DNA from: Patescibacteria group bacterium
GTDB taxonomy: Bacteria > Patescibacteriota > Patescibacteriia > Magasanikbacterales > JBBTQS01
DNA: 64,000 bases
Direction of reading: 5' to 3'
Assembly: GCA_038065555.1 (NCBI GenBank)
Contig: JBBTQS010000001.1
Location: 64,741-128,740 of the forward strand
Below the pieces are notes generated by a model. It saw nothing but the letters and a program-made list of their open reading frames with translations. It was not told the origin of the DNA and made no database searches. Below, in pieces: positions 36,494 through 47,143 of this stretch (its first letter is position 1; the number at the start of each line of letters is the position of its first letter). A program made the translations under genes and the position numbers.

Positions 36494-37087
36494 ATGGTAG
36501 ACACGATCTCGATTGTTCCTTCGACCACTCTCGATCTTCCGATCGCAACGCGACTCACTGCTGCGGGGTTCGCAGTGCCGGTGAGTGATGCGCTCGCACG
36601 CGATGTGCATGCGCATCTCAGAGCAGGGGAGCTCTGGACCGTGATGCAGGACACGACGTCGGTGGGTTACGCCATCGTTCGTCGCTACTTCGCAGACACG
36701 CTCTACATTGTCGGCATCATGCTCATGCCGCAGTGGCGCGGGCAGCGTGTGTGTGAGCGTGTGGTTGCTGCCACGCGCCAACCCACGGATCAGTTCCTCG
36801 CACTGCGCACCGCATCGCCCATCATGTGGGCTGCGGGCAATCGCATCTGCAATGGCGCGTGGCTGCCCAATCCTCGTTCGCTCAATGAGCAGGAGCTCGT
36901 CGAGCGGGGAATGCGACTCGCTCGAGAGATCGGCTGCTCGGGATTCCCGCATTCGCCGGGATTCTACGGCTCGCCGCTCTACGGCGTCGAACCGCGTCAT
37001 CGCGATGCAGATACTCAGGCGTGGTGGGCAACCCAGTGTGACTACCAACGTGCCGATGCTGTGGTGTGCATCGGGCGTCTTCCATAA
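36494..37087 (+). CDS. GNAT-like N-acetyltransferase (weak)
   Basis: QWRGQRVCERVV resembles GNAT motif A. Confidence 0.35.
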   Translation: MVDTISIVPSTTLDLPIATRLTAAGFAVPVSDALARDVHAHLRAGELWTVMQDTTSVGYAIVRRYFADTLYIVGIMLMPQWRGQRVCERVVAATRQPTDQFLALRTASPIMWAAGNRICNGAWLPNPRSLNEQELVERGMRLAREIGCSGFPHSPGFYGSPLYGVEPRHRDADTQAWWATQCDYQRADAVVCIGRLP

Positions 37088-37156
37088 CCGCTTCATCGGA
37101 GTGTGCGTGCACTAACATTGCACGCACACTCCGCCCTAACTCTTCATTGCATTACT

Positions 37157-37885
37157 ATGCGTATTCTCTTTGCATCAGGTCCTGCTCCAATCGGTACTAT
37201 TGTATGTAGCCAACATGGGGATGAGCGATTTGGGATCACAGTATTCGAGCGACTCCTGCGTGATACACAACGACGCCAATATCTCCATCTCATACTCGCC
37301 AACGAAGAAGCAATTGAGCGAAATACTCGCTACATCGCAACAGATCTCAATCGTTCGTATCCTGGATCGCTCACAGGATCACTCGAAGAGCAGATGGCGT
37401 ATGCGCTGTTACCTGTGGCACAAAGCACTCGCATCGTATTGGACATCCATACGACAACCGCGAATATTCAAATGGTGCCCATCGTTGCGAACCTGTCTGA
37501 TGAGGTCAAACAGATGCTTGCGCACACGAGCTCGTCGGAAGTGGCACTCATAGCCCCAGCAATGGCGTCTCACTCGCTCATTGGGAATGTGCGTGCTGGC
37601 ATCTCACTCGAGTTCAACGAGCACTATGCAACAACTGAAGCTGCGTATGATGATGTACTGCGCGTTATTGATGGAGTGATTGAGCACCGGACATTGAGTC
37701 CTAGAACACGTAACATATTCACCATTACAGGGGGGATCCCCGTTGATGTGGTGATTCCTGATCACGCACGTGATTATGAGTTCATTCCAGAGTTAGGTGT
37801 GTATCCATTTTTGCTCCACGAGCGCGCGTACGCAACGCACTATCATGCACTTGCTGCTACAAGTGTGGAGACTGTGGTCATTTGA
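37157..37885 (+). CDS. succinylglutamate desuccinylase/aspartoacylase-family zinc hydrolase
   Basis: HGDE...DLNRSYPG motif pair. Confidence 0.6.
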   Translation: MRILFASGPAPIGTIVCSQHGDERFGITVFERLLRDTQRRQYLHLILANEEAIERNTRYIATDLNRSYPGSLTGSLEEQMAYALLPVAQSTRIVLDIHTTTANIQMVPIVANLSDEVKQMLAHTSSSEVALIAPAMASHSLIGNVRAGISLEFNEHYATTEAAYDDVLRVIDGVIEHRTLSPRTRNIFTITGGIPVDVVIPDHARDYEFIPELGVYPFLLHERAYATHYHALAATSVETVVI

Positions 37886-37950
37886 TATTGATAGAATAGA
37901 AAAGACGCCAGGCAGGTAACCCAGCGTCTTCGCGACACGCGTGCCCCGGA

Positions 37951-38391
37951 TTACAGGTGCGTGATGTCGGCTCCTCCGATCTCTTGTAGCAGCGTGATGT
38001 ACGCGTTCGCGACAAGTCGGAGTGCCTCGTTGTTGCCTTCGCCGTCGAGAATGATGCTCTCCTTCTCTGCGTCGGTGAGCGTGCAGTTCAGGAAGGCAAT
38101 TGCCTTGATCTGCTGCATGGTGGGTTTCTCGGGGATGTCAAGCTCGAAAAAGTTGCCTTCGAAGTACTCGAGCGTCTCAGGATTGAGTTCGCCAGCAACT
38201 TCCAGCCCCACCATCTCTTGGTAGCGCTGGAGGGCTGCGCGGCTGTGCTGGCCCCACTCACCATCACCAATGAGCGGGATGGGCCAAAGCCCCTTCTCCT
38301 TTACGGCATGGTGTACGCCGTTGATGATGAGCAGCGCTTGAATGCGCTTGATGAACTTTGCATCGACGACAATCGTATCGCTCATGGACAT
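37951..38391 (-). CDS. hypothetical protein with peptidoglycan-binding-like motif (paralog 2)
   Basis: PLIGDGEWGQHSRAALQRYQ; paralog of 34508-35089. Confidence 0.4.
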   Translation of the reverse strand: MSMSDTIVVDAKFIKRIQALLIINGVHHAVKEKGLWPIPLIGDGEWGQHSRAALQRYQEMVGLEVAGELNPETLEYFEGNFFELDIPEKPTMQQIKAIAFLNCTLTDAEKESIILDGEGNNEALRLVANAYITLLQEIGGADITHL

Positions 38392-38512
38392 GTCTCCTTT
38401 GTGTGCATCAGATTGCGCTGATGTGTCCACGACACTTGTATCAGGTGTGGTGTGGTTCGTCAATGTGCTGTATCGCGTATTTCGCACATGCGTACCATAA
38501 CCATTTCGCATT

Positions 38513-38521
38513 TGCTATACT
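38513..38521 (+). promoter_or_regulatory. extended -10 box TGCTATACT, 8 nt before ATG 38530 (leaderless)
   Basis: recurring motif class. Confidence 0.3.
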
Positions 38522-38529
38522 CACTTCAT

Positions 38530-38799
38530 ATGTCGACAAAATTGTGGTTCAAGCGCAAGCGCTATGGTTGGGGATGGACACCTGCTACTTGGGAAGGGTG
38601 GGTGGTTATCGTTGGTTACATCGCGCTTGTGGCGTTGTTTGGTGCCACGATTGATCGTGATTCAGCGCCAATTGAAGTGTTGGCAACATTCGCACTTCCT
38701 GTGGTGTTGCTCACGCTGACACTCATTCGTATTTGTTATCGCAAAGGCGAGTCGCCGCGTTGGCAGTGGGGAAATGAAGACAATGACACGCAAAAGTAA
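38530..38799 (+). CDS. small membrane protein
   Basis: two TM helices. Confidence 0.35.
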   Translation: MSTKLWFKRKRYGWGWTPATWEGWVVIVGYIALVALFGATIDRDSAPIEVLATFALPVVLLTLTLIRICYRKGESPRWQWGNEDNDTQK

Positions 38800-39046
38800 G
38801 GTGTGGCATGTCTATATTGTGCGGTGTGCCGACGATACGCTCTATACAGGCGTAGCAGTTGATGTTGCAGCGCGTGTTGCACAGCACAGCGCAGGAACAG
38901 GTGCGAAATATACGCGTGCTCGCGCACCAGTGACGCTCGTGTGGTCCTCGCGTGCTCGCTCGCGATCAGCAGCATGCAAACGTGAATACGCCATCAAGCA
39001 GTTGTCACGTGCACGCAAGGAGCAACTTGTCATCAGTAGCAAGTAA
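38783..39046 (+). CDS. GIY-YIG nuclease-family protein (UPF0213-like)
   Basis: WHVYIVRCADDTLYTGVAVDVAARVAQH. Confidence 0.6.
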   Translation: MTRKSKVWHVYIVRCADDTLYTGVAVDVAARVAQHSAGTGAKYTRARAPVTLVWSSRARSRSAACKREYAIKQLSRARKEQLVISSK

Positions 39047-39128
39047 TTGCGCGTCCTATATACGGATCGGGAATAAGGGAGTACGGTACATACAGAGCGA
39101 ACCGTCCTAATTCACTAACGTTTTTCAT

Positions 39129-39458
39129 ATGGAAAACAGATTCAAGAAAGGATTATTGCTCGGAGCACTTCTTGCAGGCGTTGCAGTAGCTGGATTGCTC
39201 AGAACGCAGTCAGGTCAAGAGCTTGCAGAAGATCTCAAGGAAGATGCAAAGAAGATTGGCCGCAAGGTCAAGCGTCACCTCGCTGATCTCGAAGACGTCA
39301 CTCGTGACAAGTACGATGAGATCGTTGAGAACGTAGTCGAGGAGTACACGAAGACCAAAGAGTTGGCAGCAGATGCAAAGAAGCAACTCATTGGCGCGCT
39401 TCGCAAGAAGTGGGATGAAGTAGAAAAGGAATACCAAGACGCAAAAGACGACGAGTAA
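39129..39458 (+). CDS. YtxH-like (DUF948) general-stress protein
   Basis: N-terminal TM helix and charged coiled segment. Confidence 0.5.
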   Translation: MENRFKKGLLLGALLAGVAVAGLLRTQSGQELAEDLKEDAKKIGRKVKRHLADLEDVTRDKYDEIVENVVEEYTKTKELAADAKKQLIGALRKKWDEVEKEYQDAKDDE

Positions 39459-39462
39459 TACA

Positions 39463-39495
39463 AAAAGAGCGCACAGAGAGTGCGCTCTTTTTGTA
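39463..39495. terminator. bidirectional rho-independent terminator
   Basis: aaaaagagcgcac-agaga-gtgcgctcttttt. Confidence 0.7.
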
Positions 39496-39511
39496 TTGAG
39501 CAATGTGTGAT

Positions 39512-41257
39512 TTATGGCTGTTCCTTGTAGTCCACGAGTACGCGCAGCTGCATGCCACGGATGATGGTGATTACATCGTCGTTTGTTTTTTCTGCGATGA
39601 GGTGTGTTGGGATGACACGTACACGTAGATGCTCATTCTCTGCATCATATGTAGGACTGTCTGGATTTGGGAATTGTGTGAATGTGATGGAGAGCGGTGA
39701 CTTCTGGTCGCGTTGTACGGTGAGAGTATTGCCATCTGTACTGAATCGGATTGTCGCTGCAGAGAAGAACGAAGGCGACGGCCAGGAAGTTACATCGAAT
39801 ATTTCGTCATATCCTGTGACGGAGATTGCGTCGCTGTACCCCGTATAGTCTGCAACGATGGTTCCTGGTTGCTTGACGTTGCCATCATAGGATCGCCCTG
39901 TAGACGCCTGAATGGAATCGAGCACCGTCTCCTCAGAGCTTGTAGCTGGCAATCCTACCTGCGAGGCAATGTCTTGGAGTCCTCGGCGTTCGAGGAGGAG
40001 ATATGTCATGGATTCGATATGCTGCCGAGTGGCCATGTCGGTTGTGGACTGTGCTTGCACGAGCGTACCGTTTACGAGAATGCTCTTATTGGTGAGTGTA
40101 TTAATGAGGATAGCTTGCTGTGATCGGATGGTTGATGCAACAGCACCAACACCAGGGAGCGCTGCCACGAGGAACAAGAGCGAAAGTGTGATAGGAATCC
40201 AGCGCAATGTCAGCTCGCGACGATACAAGTACGCAGCGCATACACCGAGCAACCAAACACCAAAGCACACCGTGAGATATCGTGGCTCCGTCATTCCATA
40301 GATTCGAATACGATCAACGATGGCGAAGAAATAGAGAACGAGAAGTGGTAGGAACGAAATGAGAATACCTGTCTGCAATTTGCTAAATGTTGGATGCAGA
40401 TTGGCTCGACGCCATGGATCTACGAGTACAAACGTACACACACCAACAATGGTGTAGACGAGCACGGGGAGTACGACGCTCTCCTGCGGGAGTTCCCATT
40501 GAATGAGAATTTTGAAGAGGTATGCGTAGAGGATGAGGAAGTACGCGATGAGAATGGGGGTGAAAACAATCTGTACCAGACGGAGGAGAAGCGGAGAGAA
40601 TCCCGTTGCAGCATTACGCGAAATAGTTCGCACGTGCGAAATACTTGCGATGACGATGAGCGGTGCAATGCATGCGAACATGATGATGGCGATGGAAGCA
40701 TACACCTCATCTGGCATTTCGATTTGGAAAAGGTGGTGGATGGAGACTGCTGCGAGACTTGCTGCAAGATGACCGATCACCCCCACAGCTGCTGCGATAA
40801 TCGCAACACTGATCGTACGCAATCCGAACTGCCACAGTGTTGTTGATGTGCTATCGCGTCGCAATTCTGCAGAGCACAAGAGGAAGAATATACTGCTTGC
40901 AACAAGGAGTGCGAAGGTGATTCCTGTTGCAGCAGAGGACAGCCCATAGTAATTACCAAGGATGACGAAGTATGCCACAGGCACAGCACCGAGCAAGTAT
41001 CTGCCGGTGATGCGAGCTGGAGTGAACACACGATCCTGGTTGAGCAGTGCGACGCCACCGAAGATGAGGGTGCTGAGAATGCCAGCAAGGAATGAGAGTG
41101 TTTGCCACTCGCTTTCCCATGCATTGGTAACAGTCATGATAATACCCATGACTGTGGTGAAAAGCGTTGCGAGTGCAGGAACCCAATAGGTTTTGATAAT
41201 GTCTAGCCAGCTTGATCTGAGCATCTGCCACAAGGGTGTGTTGAAGAATCGAGACAT
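39512..41257 (-). CDS. large polytopic membrane protein with C-terminal extracytoplasmic domain
   Basis: about 12 TM segments followed by a roughly 200 aa soluble domain. Confidence 0.45.
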   Translation of the reverse strand: MSRFFNTPLWQMLRSSWLDIIKTYWVPALATLFTTVMGIIMTVTNAWESEWQTLSFLAGILSTLIFGGVALLNQDRVFTPARITGRYLLGAVPVAYFVILGNYYGLSSAATGITFALLVASSIFFLLCSAELRRDSTSTTLWQFGLRTISVAIIAAAVGVIGHLAASLAAVSIHHLFQIEMPDEVYASIAIIMFACIAPLIVIASISHVRTISRNAATGFSPLLLRLVQIVFTPILIAYFLILYAYLFKILIQWELPQESVVLPVLVYTIVGVCTFVLVDPWRRANLHPTFSKLQTGILISFLPLLVLYFFAIVDRIRIYGMTEPRYLTVCFGVWLLGVCAAYLYRRELTLRWIPITLSLLFLVAALPGVGAVASTIRSQQAILINTLTNKSILVNGTLVQAQSTTDMATRQHIESMTYLLLERRGLQDIASQVGLPATSSEETVLDSIQASTGRSYDGNVKQPGTIVADYTGYSDAISVTGYDEIFDVTSWPSPSFFSAATIRFSTDGNTLTVQRDQKSPLSITFTQFPNPDSPTYDAENEHLRVRVIPTHLIAEKTNDDVITIIRGMQLRVLVDYKEQP

Positions 41258-41317
41258 ATCATTTTTTGGCTATATATACCCACTGTGGCACGCCCAGCGA
41301 CAGGCGTCAATCATGCA

Positions 41318-41357
41318 AAAAAGAAGAAGGTGTCACATGTTGGATGTGCACACCTTC
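41318..41357 (-). terminator. rho-independent terminator
   Basis: gaaggtgtcacat/atgtgcacacctt imperfect stem followed on the minus strand by a TTCTTCTTTTTTGC run. Confidence 0.45.
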
Positions 41358-41390
41358 GGACTTTTGCTGCTCATTGGCAGCGTTGTGCGA

Positions 41391-42641
41391 TTACTGACTG
41401 AACCAGCGATCTGCCGCGTCTTCGATCGCGAGGACGCAATCGTTGGTGTTCTCTCCCTGCGCCCAGTGCATCTTGTTCCTGTTGCGTCCCAATGTCTCCT
41501 CGGGCCAGATTTGATGTACGACCGATTGGTCAGCCTTGCGTCGCGGAATTGCTGATGCAATGGCGTCGCGCAATTCGTTGTAGTTCTTCGCGATGCGAAT
41601 GCAGTCGTCTTCAGGGAAGAAGTTCCACAGGAGGAATGGGCTGTCGACTTCTTGTGTGAACGCAGTCATACCGCATCCTGGCGCGTAGTAGGAGAGAGCT
41701 TTTTTGCCCAGTGCTGCTGCGAGCAGGAGGACTGAAGATGTTGAACTGATCACCAGATCTGCTGCAAGCACTGCGTCCACAATCGTTGCGTTGAGCAGGT
41801 GGGGGTTCGCGGGTTTGCGAGCTGCGCCACCATAGGCAGTCTCCTTGCTCACCCTGCGCTGCTCTTCTTTCAGGATGTCTCGATGAAGTGTGGTGATGTC
41901 TTGCAGAACCGCTACGCCGTGCGTTGCGACGGATTGCAGAGATAGAACATCGGTCCAGAGTACGAGTTCTCGTTCGTTCATTCTCGGATGAGGGAGGATC
42001 GCGAGTACTCGCCGAATGGGATCGTCAGGCGTCACGACGTGGATCGAACGTAGTGCTGTGGTGACGTCCTGGAGAGGGCGAGCAGCCTCAGACTGTTGCG
42101 CGACGAAGAGGACAACGAAGTCATCGACGTTGATGCGCGTTTCGCTCGGTGATCGCAGTGCGCGCCGTCGTGCCGTACATTCTTCCATTGTCAATCGCAC
42201 GGCCGAGTCGAGTCGCGGCAGACCTACCTTGTAGCTGAGATGATTGTTCCTCACCACTCGTTCGTCGATGCACAGGAGTGCAACACACGAGTGTTCGAGA
42301 CTTTGCATCACCTTGGTGTACGACACCTTTCGCGCATCACTGAGGATGACGAAGTGTTTGATGTGTTCCTGCAACTGTGGCAACAGCTGCATGCCGCCTT
42401 TGGGGCATGGGCTGATGACTACTTCAGGAATGTTGCCCTGCTTGAATCGACTTGTGATCTCTTCCGCGGAATTCGCAATGTGCGCGTACGCGGGGACGAG
42501 ATCCTTGTTTGTGAGGCTTCCTCCAGCCTCTACAATGAAGGTGACTTCATGGAATCGTGCGAGCAGTGCTGCTCGCAGTGGCTCCAAGTCCGCCAGATCT
42601 GTGCGAGTCTTGCACAGCATCAGGAAATGTCGTGTGGTCAC
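41391..42641 (-). CDS. hypothetical protein, possibly capsule/glycosyltransferase-like
   Basis: C-terminal DLVISSTSSVLLLAAALGKKALSYY resembles glycosyltransferase C-terminal folds; weak. Confidence 0.4.
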   Translation of the reverse strand: MTTRHFLMLCKTRTDLADLEPLRAALLARFHEVTFIVEAGGSLTNKDLVPAYAHIANSAEEITSRFKQGNIPEVVISPCPKGGMQLLPQLQEHIKHFVILSDARKVSYTKVMQSLEHSCVALLCIDERVVRNNHLSYKVGLPRLDSAVRLTMEECTARRRALRSPSETRINVDDFVVLFVAQQSEAARPLQDVTTALRSIHVVTPDDPIRRVLAILPHPRMNERELVLWTDVLSLQSVATHGVAVLQDITTLHRDILKEEQRRVSKETAYGGAARKPANPHLLNATIVDAVLAADLVISSTSSVLLLAAALGKKALSYYAPGCGMTAFTQEVDSPFLLWNFFPEDDCIRIAKNYNELRDAIASAIPRRKADQSVVHQIWPEETLGRNRNKMHWAQGENTNDCVLAIEDAADRWFSQ

Positions 42642-42729
42642 GGCGTCTCTCCTCGTATGGTGTTGATAGCGCGAAATTGCGCCGGCGCAAGTCTATCAGG
42701 CGTTGACGTACTTGTCTATAAGAGGTAGC

Positions 42730-43737
42730 ATGCGCGCCATGACAACGCCTGTAGAACCGATTATTTCCAAACCATTTCGCTGGGCTGACCAAGCTCGGCC
42801 GATTTTGGCATTGTCGCCAATGGCGGACATGACAGACAGTCCTTTTTGTCTCGTTGCAAAGGAGCGTGGAGCGAAAATCATGTTCCGTGAAATGGTCTCT
42901 GCAGAGGCAGTGGTTCGCGGGAATGAGAAGACATTGGGGATGACGGCATTTGATGAGCGCGAGCGTCCGCTGATTCAGCAGATTTTTGGTGCAGAGCCGC
43001 ACACGATGGCAGAGGCTGCGCGTATCATCGAAGAGAAATATCATCCTGACGGCATTGATATCAACATGGGGTGCCCAGTGTACAAAATCGTACACAACTT
43101 CAATGGCGCATGCTTGATGAAGGATCATGTGCGTGCAGCTGCGATTATTCGTGCCATGAAAGCAGTTATCACGGTTCCACTCTCCGTGAAGATTCGTCTT
43201 GGCTGGTCGCGATCAGATGAAGCGCTTACATTTATTCAACATCTCGAAGCTGCTGGCGCTGATCTTGTTACGGTGCATGGACGCACGAAGGAACAGGGCT
43301 ATTCAGGCAAATCAGATTGGGAAATGATCGGACGAGTGGTCAAGCAAGTGCAGATTCCTGTGCTTGCAAATGGCGACGTGCATCAACCAGAACAGGTCCC
43401 GCAAATTCTTGACGTTACTGGTGCGGCTGGTGTGCTCATTGCACGCGGAGCACTCGGCAATCCGTGGTTCTTCCAACACGCAGAAGAAGTACTTGCAACA
43501 GGAAGTATCCAGACACCCGTGTCACTGCACGAACGATTGACGACAATGCTCCAGCATGCGCAGTTGCATATCGAACACTATGGCGAACGCGGGATCGTCA
43601 CGTTTCGCAAACACATCAGCTGGTATCTCAAAGGACTCGTAAATATCAAACCATTTCGCGAGCAAGCAATGAAGGTGCAGTCACTTGATGAACTTGTGGC
43701 ACTCACGGCGCACTTCTTGACGACGGTGGTGGAGTAG
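42730..43737 (+). CDS. dusB: tRNA-dihydrouridine synthase
   Basis: LSPMADMTDSPFCL, INMGCPV and the Dus TIM-barrel throughout. Confidence 0.85.
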   Translation: MRAMTTPVEPIISKPFRWADQARPILALSPMADMTDSPFCLVAKERGAKIMFREMVSAEAVVRGNEKTLGMTAFDERERPLIQQIFGAEPHTMAEAARIIEEKYHPDGIDINMGCPVYKIVHNFNGACLMKDHVRAAAIIRAMKAVITVPLSVKIRLGWSRSDEALTFIQHLEAAGADLVTVHGRTKEQGYSGKSDWEMIGRVVKQVQIPVLANGDVHQPEQVPQILDVTGAAGVLIARGALGNPWFFQHAEEVLATGSIQTPVSLHERLTTMLQHAQLHIEHYGERGIVTFRKHISWYLKGLVNIKPFREQAMKVQSLDELVALTAHFLTTVVE

Positions 43738-43788
43738 GGTTTACTGTCTGAGTCATGGCTTCCGCTTCGCGCGGAAAAGGAGTAACAC

Positions 43789-44247
43789 GTGCATACAAAG
43801 GTATACACCATGGAGCTGACCATTCGGGCTACTCCAGATCAATTCCGATTCCTGCGACGAATGGTGCGGGCACAGCGCGGACAGATCAGCGACCGATTCG
43901 AATTCACGCAGGTGCGTTATGCCTTCGGGGTAACGCTGCTTCGCGGACTCAAGTCGTACGGGATCTGTCAGTGGAACGGGTGGAAGCAAGGCAAGATCGA
44001 AATCAACGAAGCTCGACTCGATGTCTGCGAGATCCGCATCGATGGTGACCTCGCGCCCAAGCCGGGCGTGGAACCCATCGAGCTGCGGACGTATCGCGTG
44101 GAAGGGGATGACGCACATCCGCCACTGGAGGTCATCGAGCCTGAACGTGTGTACGTGTCTAGCTTCCTGGAGCGTATTACTGAACAGCTCATTCCGTCTG
44201 GCACATCGTGCATGCGTCGACAGGAATCGATGGCTTCGTACGGGTAG
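43789..44247 (+). CDS. hypothetical protein
   Basis: AAGGAG RBS before a GTG start. Confidence 0.35.
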   Translation: MHTKVYTMELTIRATPDQFRFLRRMVRAQRGQISDRFEFTQVRYAFGVTLLRGLKSYGICQWNGWKQGKIEINEARLDVCEIRIDGDLAPKPGVEPIELRTYRVEGDDAHPPLEVIEPERVYVSSFLERITEQLIPSGTSCMRRQESMASYG

Positions 44248-44273
44248 CGCGTTTGCGCGCAAAGGAGGCGAAC

Positions 44274-45314
44274 ATGTACAAGCCACCACGACAGAGGTCG
44301 TCCTTGTTGCATGTGGTCTCGGACACACCAGATGCAACAGGACTGCTCTACGACACCACGGCAGCTGATCGCGCTACTACGGTAGTGGGCGAAGAAGGTG
44401 AGACTGCGACGCCACGGTTTCTGTGGCTCGCGCCTGATCCACTTCGAACACTGCCACGTATGCGGGTGCATGTGCTGTGTCTCACGGTCCAGGAAGCGCT
44501 GAGCTTCCTGGACACATGGTTTCCTACAAGCGCACCTGTGGTGAGTGAACAAGATGAACAGCGTGTGAAACGGAGTCTTGGTGCACGATGGTACCGAGAG
44601 CTGCGGGCGTATGGGTATCTTCGTGTGAGAGTGAATCCGCACGGAATCAAAATGGTGCGACTCGATGAGACGCGGCTCGCTGTGACGTATCCTTACATCG
44701 TGGATTCTATTTCGCCACAGACACGGCTGCGCATGGTGCATCGTACTGATTCACCGTGGCGTCCAGTGCGTGGATTCTGGGCAGAACTGCTGCGGCGCGC
44801 GTATGACGACGCACACGATGGATCGTCCGGGACACGCGGGGAATGGGAGGTGGAACGATATAGACGACGTATTGCGCGTAAGCAAATCGACATGCAGCGC
44901 AGAGAGGCAAAATTACTCATCGGCCTGATTCCGTCGTACCACCTGTGCATCACACCAGCACATGCACTCGTGCTTACACAATTTCTCGCCATGAAGGTTC
45001 AGCAAGAGGATTTGAACAAGCGATCGGCTCTCCAGCTGGAGCTGGTCGTACAGAGGTTAAGCAGACCACTGGTCGCCGCACTCCTTCGCTACCATGCAAT
45101 CAGTAAGGTAGAGAAAGTAAAGGAGGAAGGCGACTGGATCGAGTTCGAGCTGGAGTTCTTCGATCGGTGTCACATAGAGATCGTTGCGCCACAAACTCCT
45201 GAGCGGCTGCGGCAGTTGCGCAACGTGGTAGAGCAGCTGCAGCTGCCGTGGCTCTATCATAATGCGCGCTTCCGACTCGCGCAGAGTCTGAGGCACTACA
45301 AGAACAACATGTAA
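44274..45314 (+). CDS. hypothetical Arg-rich protein
   Basis: AAGGAGG RBS before ATG 44274. Confidence 0.4.
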   Translation: MYKPPRQRSSLLHVVSDTPDATGLLYDTTAADRATTVVGEEGETATPRFLWLAPDPLRTLPRMRVHVLCLTVQEALSFLDTWFPTSAPVVSEQDEQRVKRSLGARWYRELRAYGYLRVRVNPHGIKMVRLDETRLAVTYPYIVDSISPQTRLRMVHRTDSPWRPVRGFWAELLRRAYDDAHDGSSGTRGEWEVERYRRRIARKQIDMQRREAKLLIGLIPSYHLCITPAHALVLTQFLAMKVQQEDLNKRSALQLELVVQRLSRPLVAALLRYHAISKVEKVKEEGDWIEFELEFFDRCHIEIVAPQTPERLRQLRNVVEQLQLPWLYHNARFRLAQSLRHYKNNM

Positions 45315-45371
45315 CAAGAAACGCCCGCCGTGAAGGAACTTCATCGGCGGGCGAATCTTTTTGTGTTTGTA

Positions 45372-46085
45372 CTACATCTCGTAGATCATGTCCTTGCGCT
45401 CCACAACAATTTTCCAGCCGCGCTTCTTTGCTTCGGCGTGCAATTCTTTGTTTGGGTTGAAGGCAATTGGTGTCTCCATCATTTCGAGGAATGCGACGTC
45501 GCCAACTGTGTCACCGATGCCGATCGATCCCTTGAGTGAAAAGTTGTTCTCGGCGCAGAACTGCGTGAGGATTTCTTTCTTCTTGAGATACGATGGGAAG
45601 ATGAGCTCGCCAGTGTATGACGATCCTTCGGTGCCGTAGATTGCGCCGTACGCGAGATCGAACTTCCATGCTTTGCAGAACTCCTGCACGATCTCGTTAG
45701 GCGATCCAGAAATGGCAAGGAGGAAGTATCCTTCCTTGCGCAATTTGTTGATGAGGTCACGTGTGTACACATACACGAGATCCTTCTTGTCGCGGATGAC
45801 GAATGAGCTCACTTCCTGGATGTCTTCCTGCATCTTGTTGCGCAGACGACGTGTGTATGCGTCGAGCAATGTCATTTCGAATTCCTTGAATGTGCCACGG
45901 CGATTGATCCAGTCTTCGTGGTACTCCTCAATTTCTTTGAGTACAATGCGTGGGAAGATCCCGTACTCCACGAGCCCGTAGAAGAGCTCGGTGTGAATCG
46001 AAGAGCGGAATACAGTTCCGTCAATATCGAAGACGGCGAGTTTTTTCTTTTTCGTCGTCTTCTTGTAGAACGATTTCATGTTCAT
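45372..46085 (-). CDS. HAD-IB family hydrolase (phosphoserine-phosphatase-like)
   Basis: LAVFDIDGTV DxDGT motif, ISGSP, GIGDTVGD. Confidence 0.6.
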   Translation of the reverse strand: MNMKSFYKKTTKKKKLAVFDIDGTVFRSSIHTELFYGLVEYGIFPRIVLKEIEEYHEDWINRRGTFKEFEMTLLDAYTRRLRNKMQEDIQEVSSFVIRDKKDLVYVYTRDLINKLRKEGYFLLAISGSPNEIVQEFCKAWKFDLAYGAIYGTEGSSYTGELIFPSYLKKKEILTQFCAENNFSLKGSIGIGDTVGDVAFLEMMETPIAFNPNKELHAEAKKRGWKIVVERKDMIYEM

Positions 46086-46196
46086 AACGCAAGAAGAGAA
46101 TAGTATGCGCGATATGGTACCACGGCTTTCCGCACGCGGCAAGGCCGTGGTAGAATCGCCGTGAACCAACTGCCGCCTGGCAGACCAACGAAATCT

Positions 46197-46745
46197 ATGC
46201 AACTCACCGTCATTCTCGGACCGATGAAAAGTGGCAAATCGTATGAGCTCATCAGCCATTTTGCGCCGTTGCGATACACCACGATTCCGCATGGTCTGTA
46301 TCAAAGCAGTCGCAATGTCCGGGACGCGCAGATTGAGAGTCGCATTGGGACTATTCTCGAGGCGCGCAAGGTGACGTCCCTTGCAGAGATTCTCCCGTTT
46401 GATCAGCAGATTGTTGGTATTGATGAGTTCCACATGTTTGCGCCTGAGGATGTGGTGCATGTGGAGTCGCTGTTGCGTCGTGGTACGCGTGTGGTGGTTT
46501 CGTCACTCGACACTGATTATCAGGGCCGACTCTTCGAATCCATCAAGAATCTCCTCGAGCTCGGCCCGCACGAAGTGAAGTTCAAACGTGCAGTCTGCGA
46601 GACATGCAAAAATCCTGAGGCAATTTATTCGCAGGTGTACCATAATGGGGAACCAGTACTCGACGGAATGCCGCCAGTGATCCCTGATGATGGGACATTT
46701 ACGTATGCGCCTGTGTGTCGTGGGTGCTTCGTGCGCCTGCGCTAG
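46197..46745 (+). CDS. tdk: thymidine kinase
   Basis: P-loop GPMKSGKS, VGIDEFHMF, C-terminal zinc ribbon CETC...CRGC. Confidence 0.85.
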   Translation: MQLTVILGPMKSGKSYELISHFAPLRYTTIPHGLYQSSRNVRDAQIESRIGTILEARKVTSLAEILPFDQQIVGIDEFHMFAPEDVVHVESLLRRGTRVVVSSLDTDYQGRLFESIKNLLELGPHEVKFKRAVCETCKNPEAIYSQVYHNGEPVLDGMPPVIPDDGTFTYAPVCRGCFVRLR

Positions 46746-46840
46746 AACTGTCCACTGATTACTTGACAGATTGTACCCCCTGCGTATACTGGGTACATCG
46801 CGCTGTTGTGTGGGGCGCCAACAAACATTCCGGAGGAAAA

Positions 46841-47143
46841 GTGAGAAAGATCGTAAGAAAAGGGATCCATGTCGTCGCACGACCTCGACGCACTCGAGGA
46901 CGCACGTCACTGGTCGGACTGGTCTGGTGGCAAATGATCGGTGCTGTGGTTCGGATCTGCGTCCGGATCGCGGACACGGTGCAGCGTGCGATCAAGGCGA
47001 GCACGCACGCTCATCTCGTGAGTGCGCTTGCTACGCTGCGTCGTCGTGGGTTCGTCACGCAGGAACAGACGGACGCGATCCTGTCCGAGCTGTCCACGAT
47101 GGGCGGCGAGCACTGGCAGGGAGTGCTTGCTGTTCCCGACTGA
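46841..47143 (+). CDS. small hypothetical protein
   Basis: GGAGGA RBS followed by a GTG start. Confidence 0.3.
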   Translation: MRKIVRKGIHVVARPRRTRGRTSLVGLVWWQMIGAVVRICVRIADTVQRAIKASTHAHLVSALATLRRRGFVTQEQTDAILSELSTMGGEHWQGVLAVPD

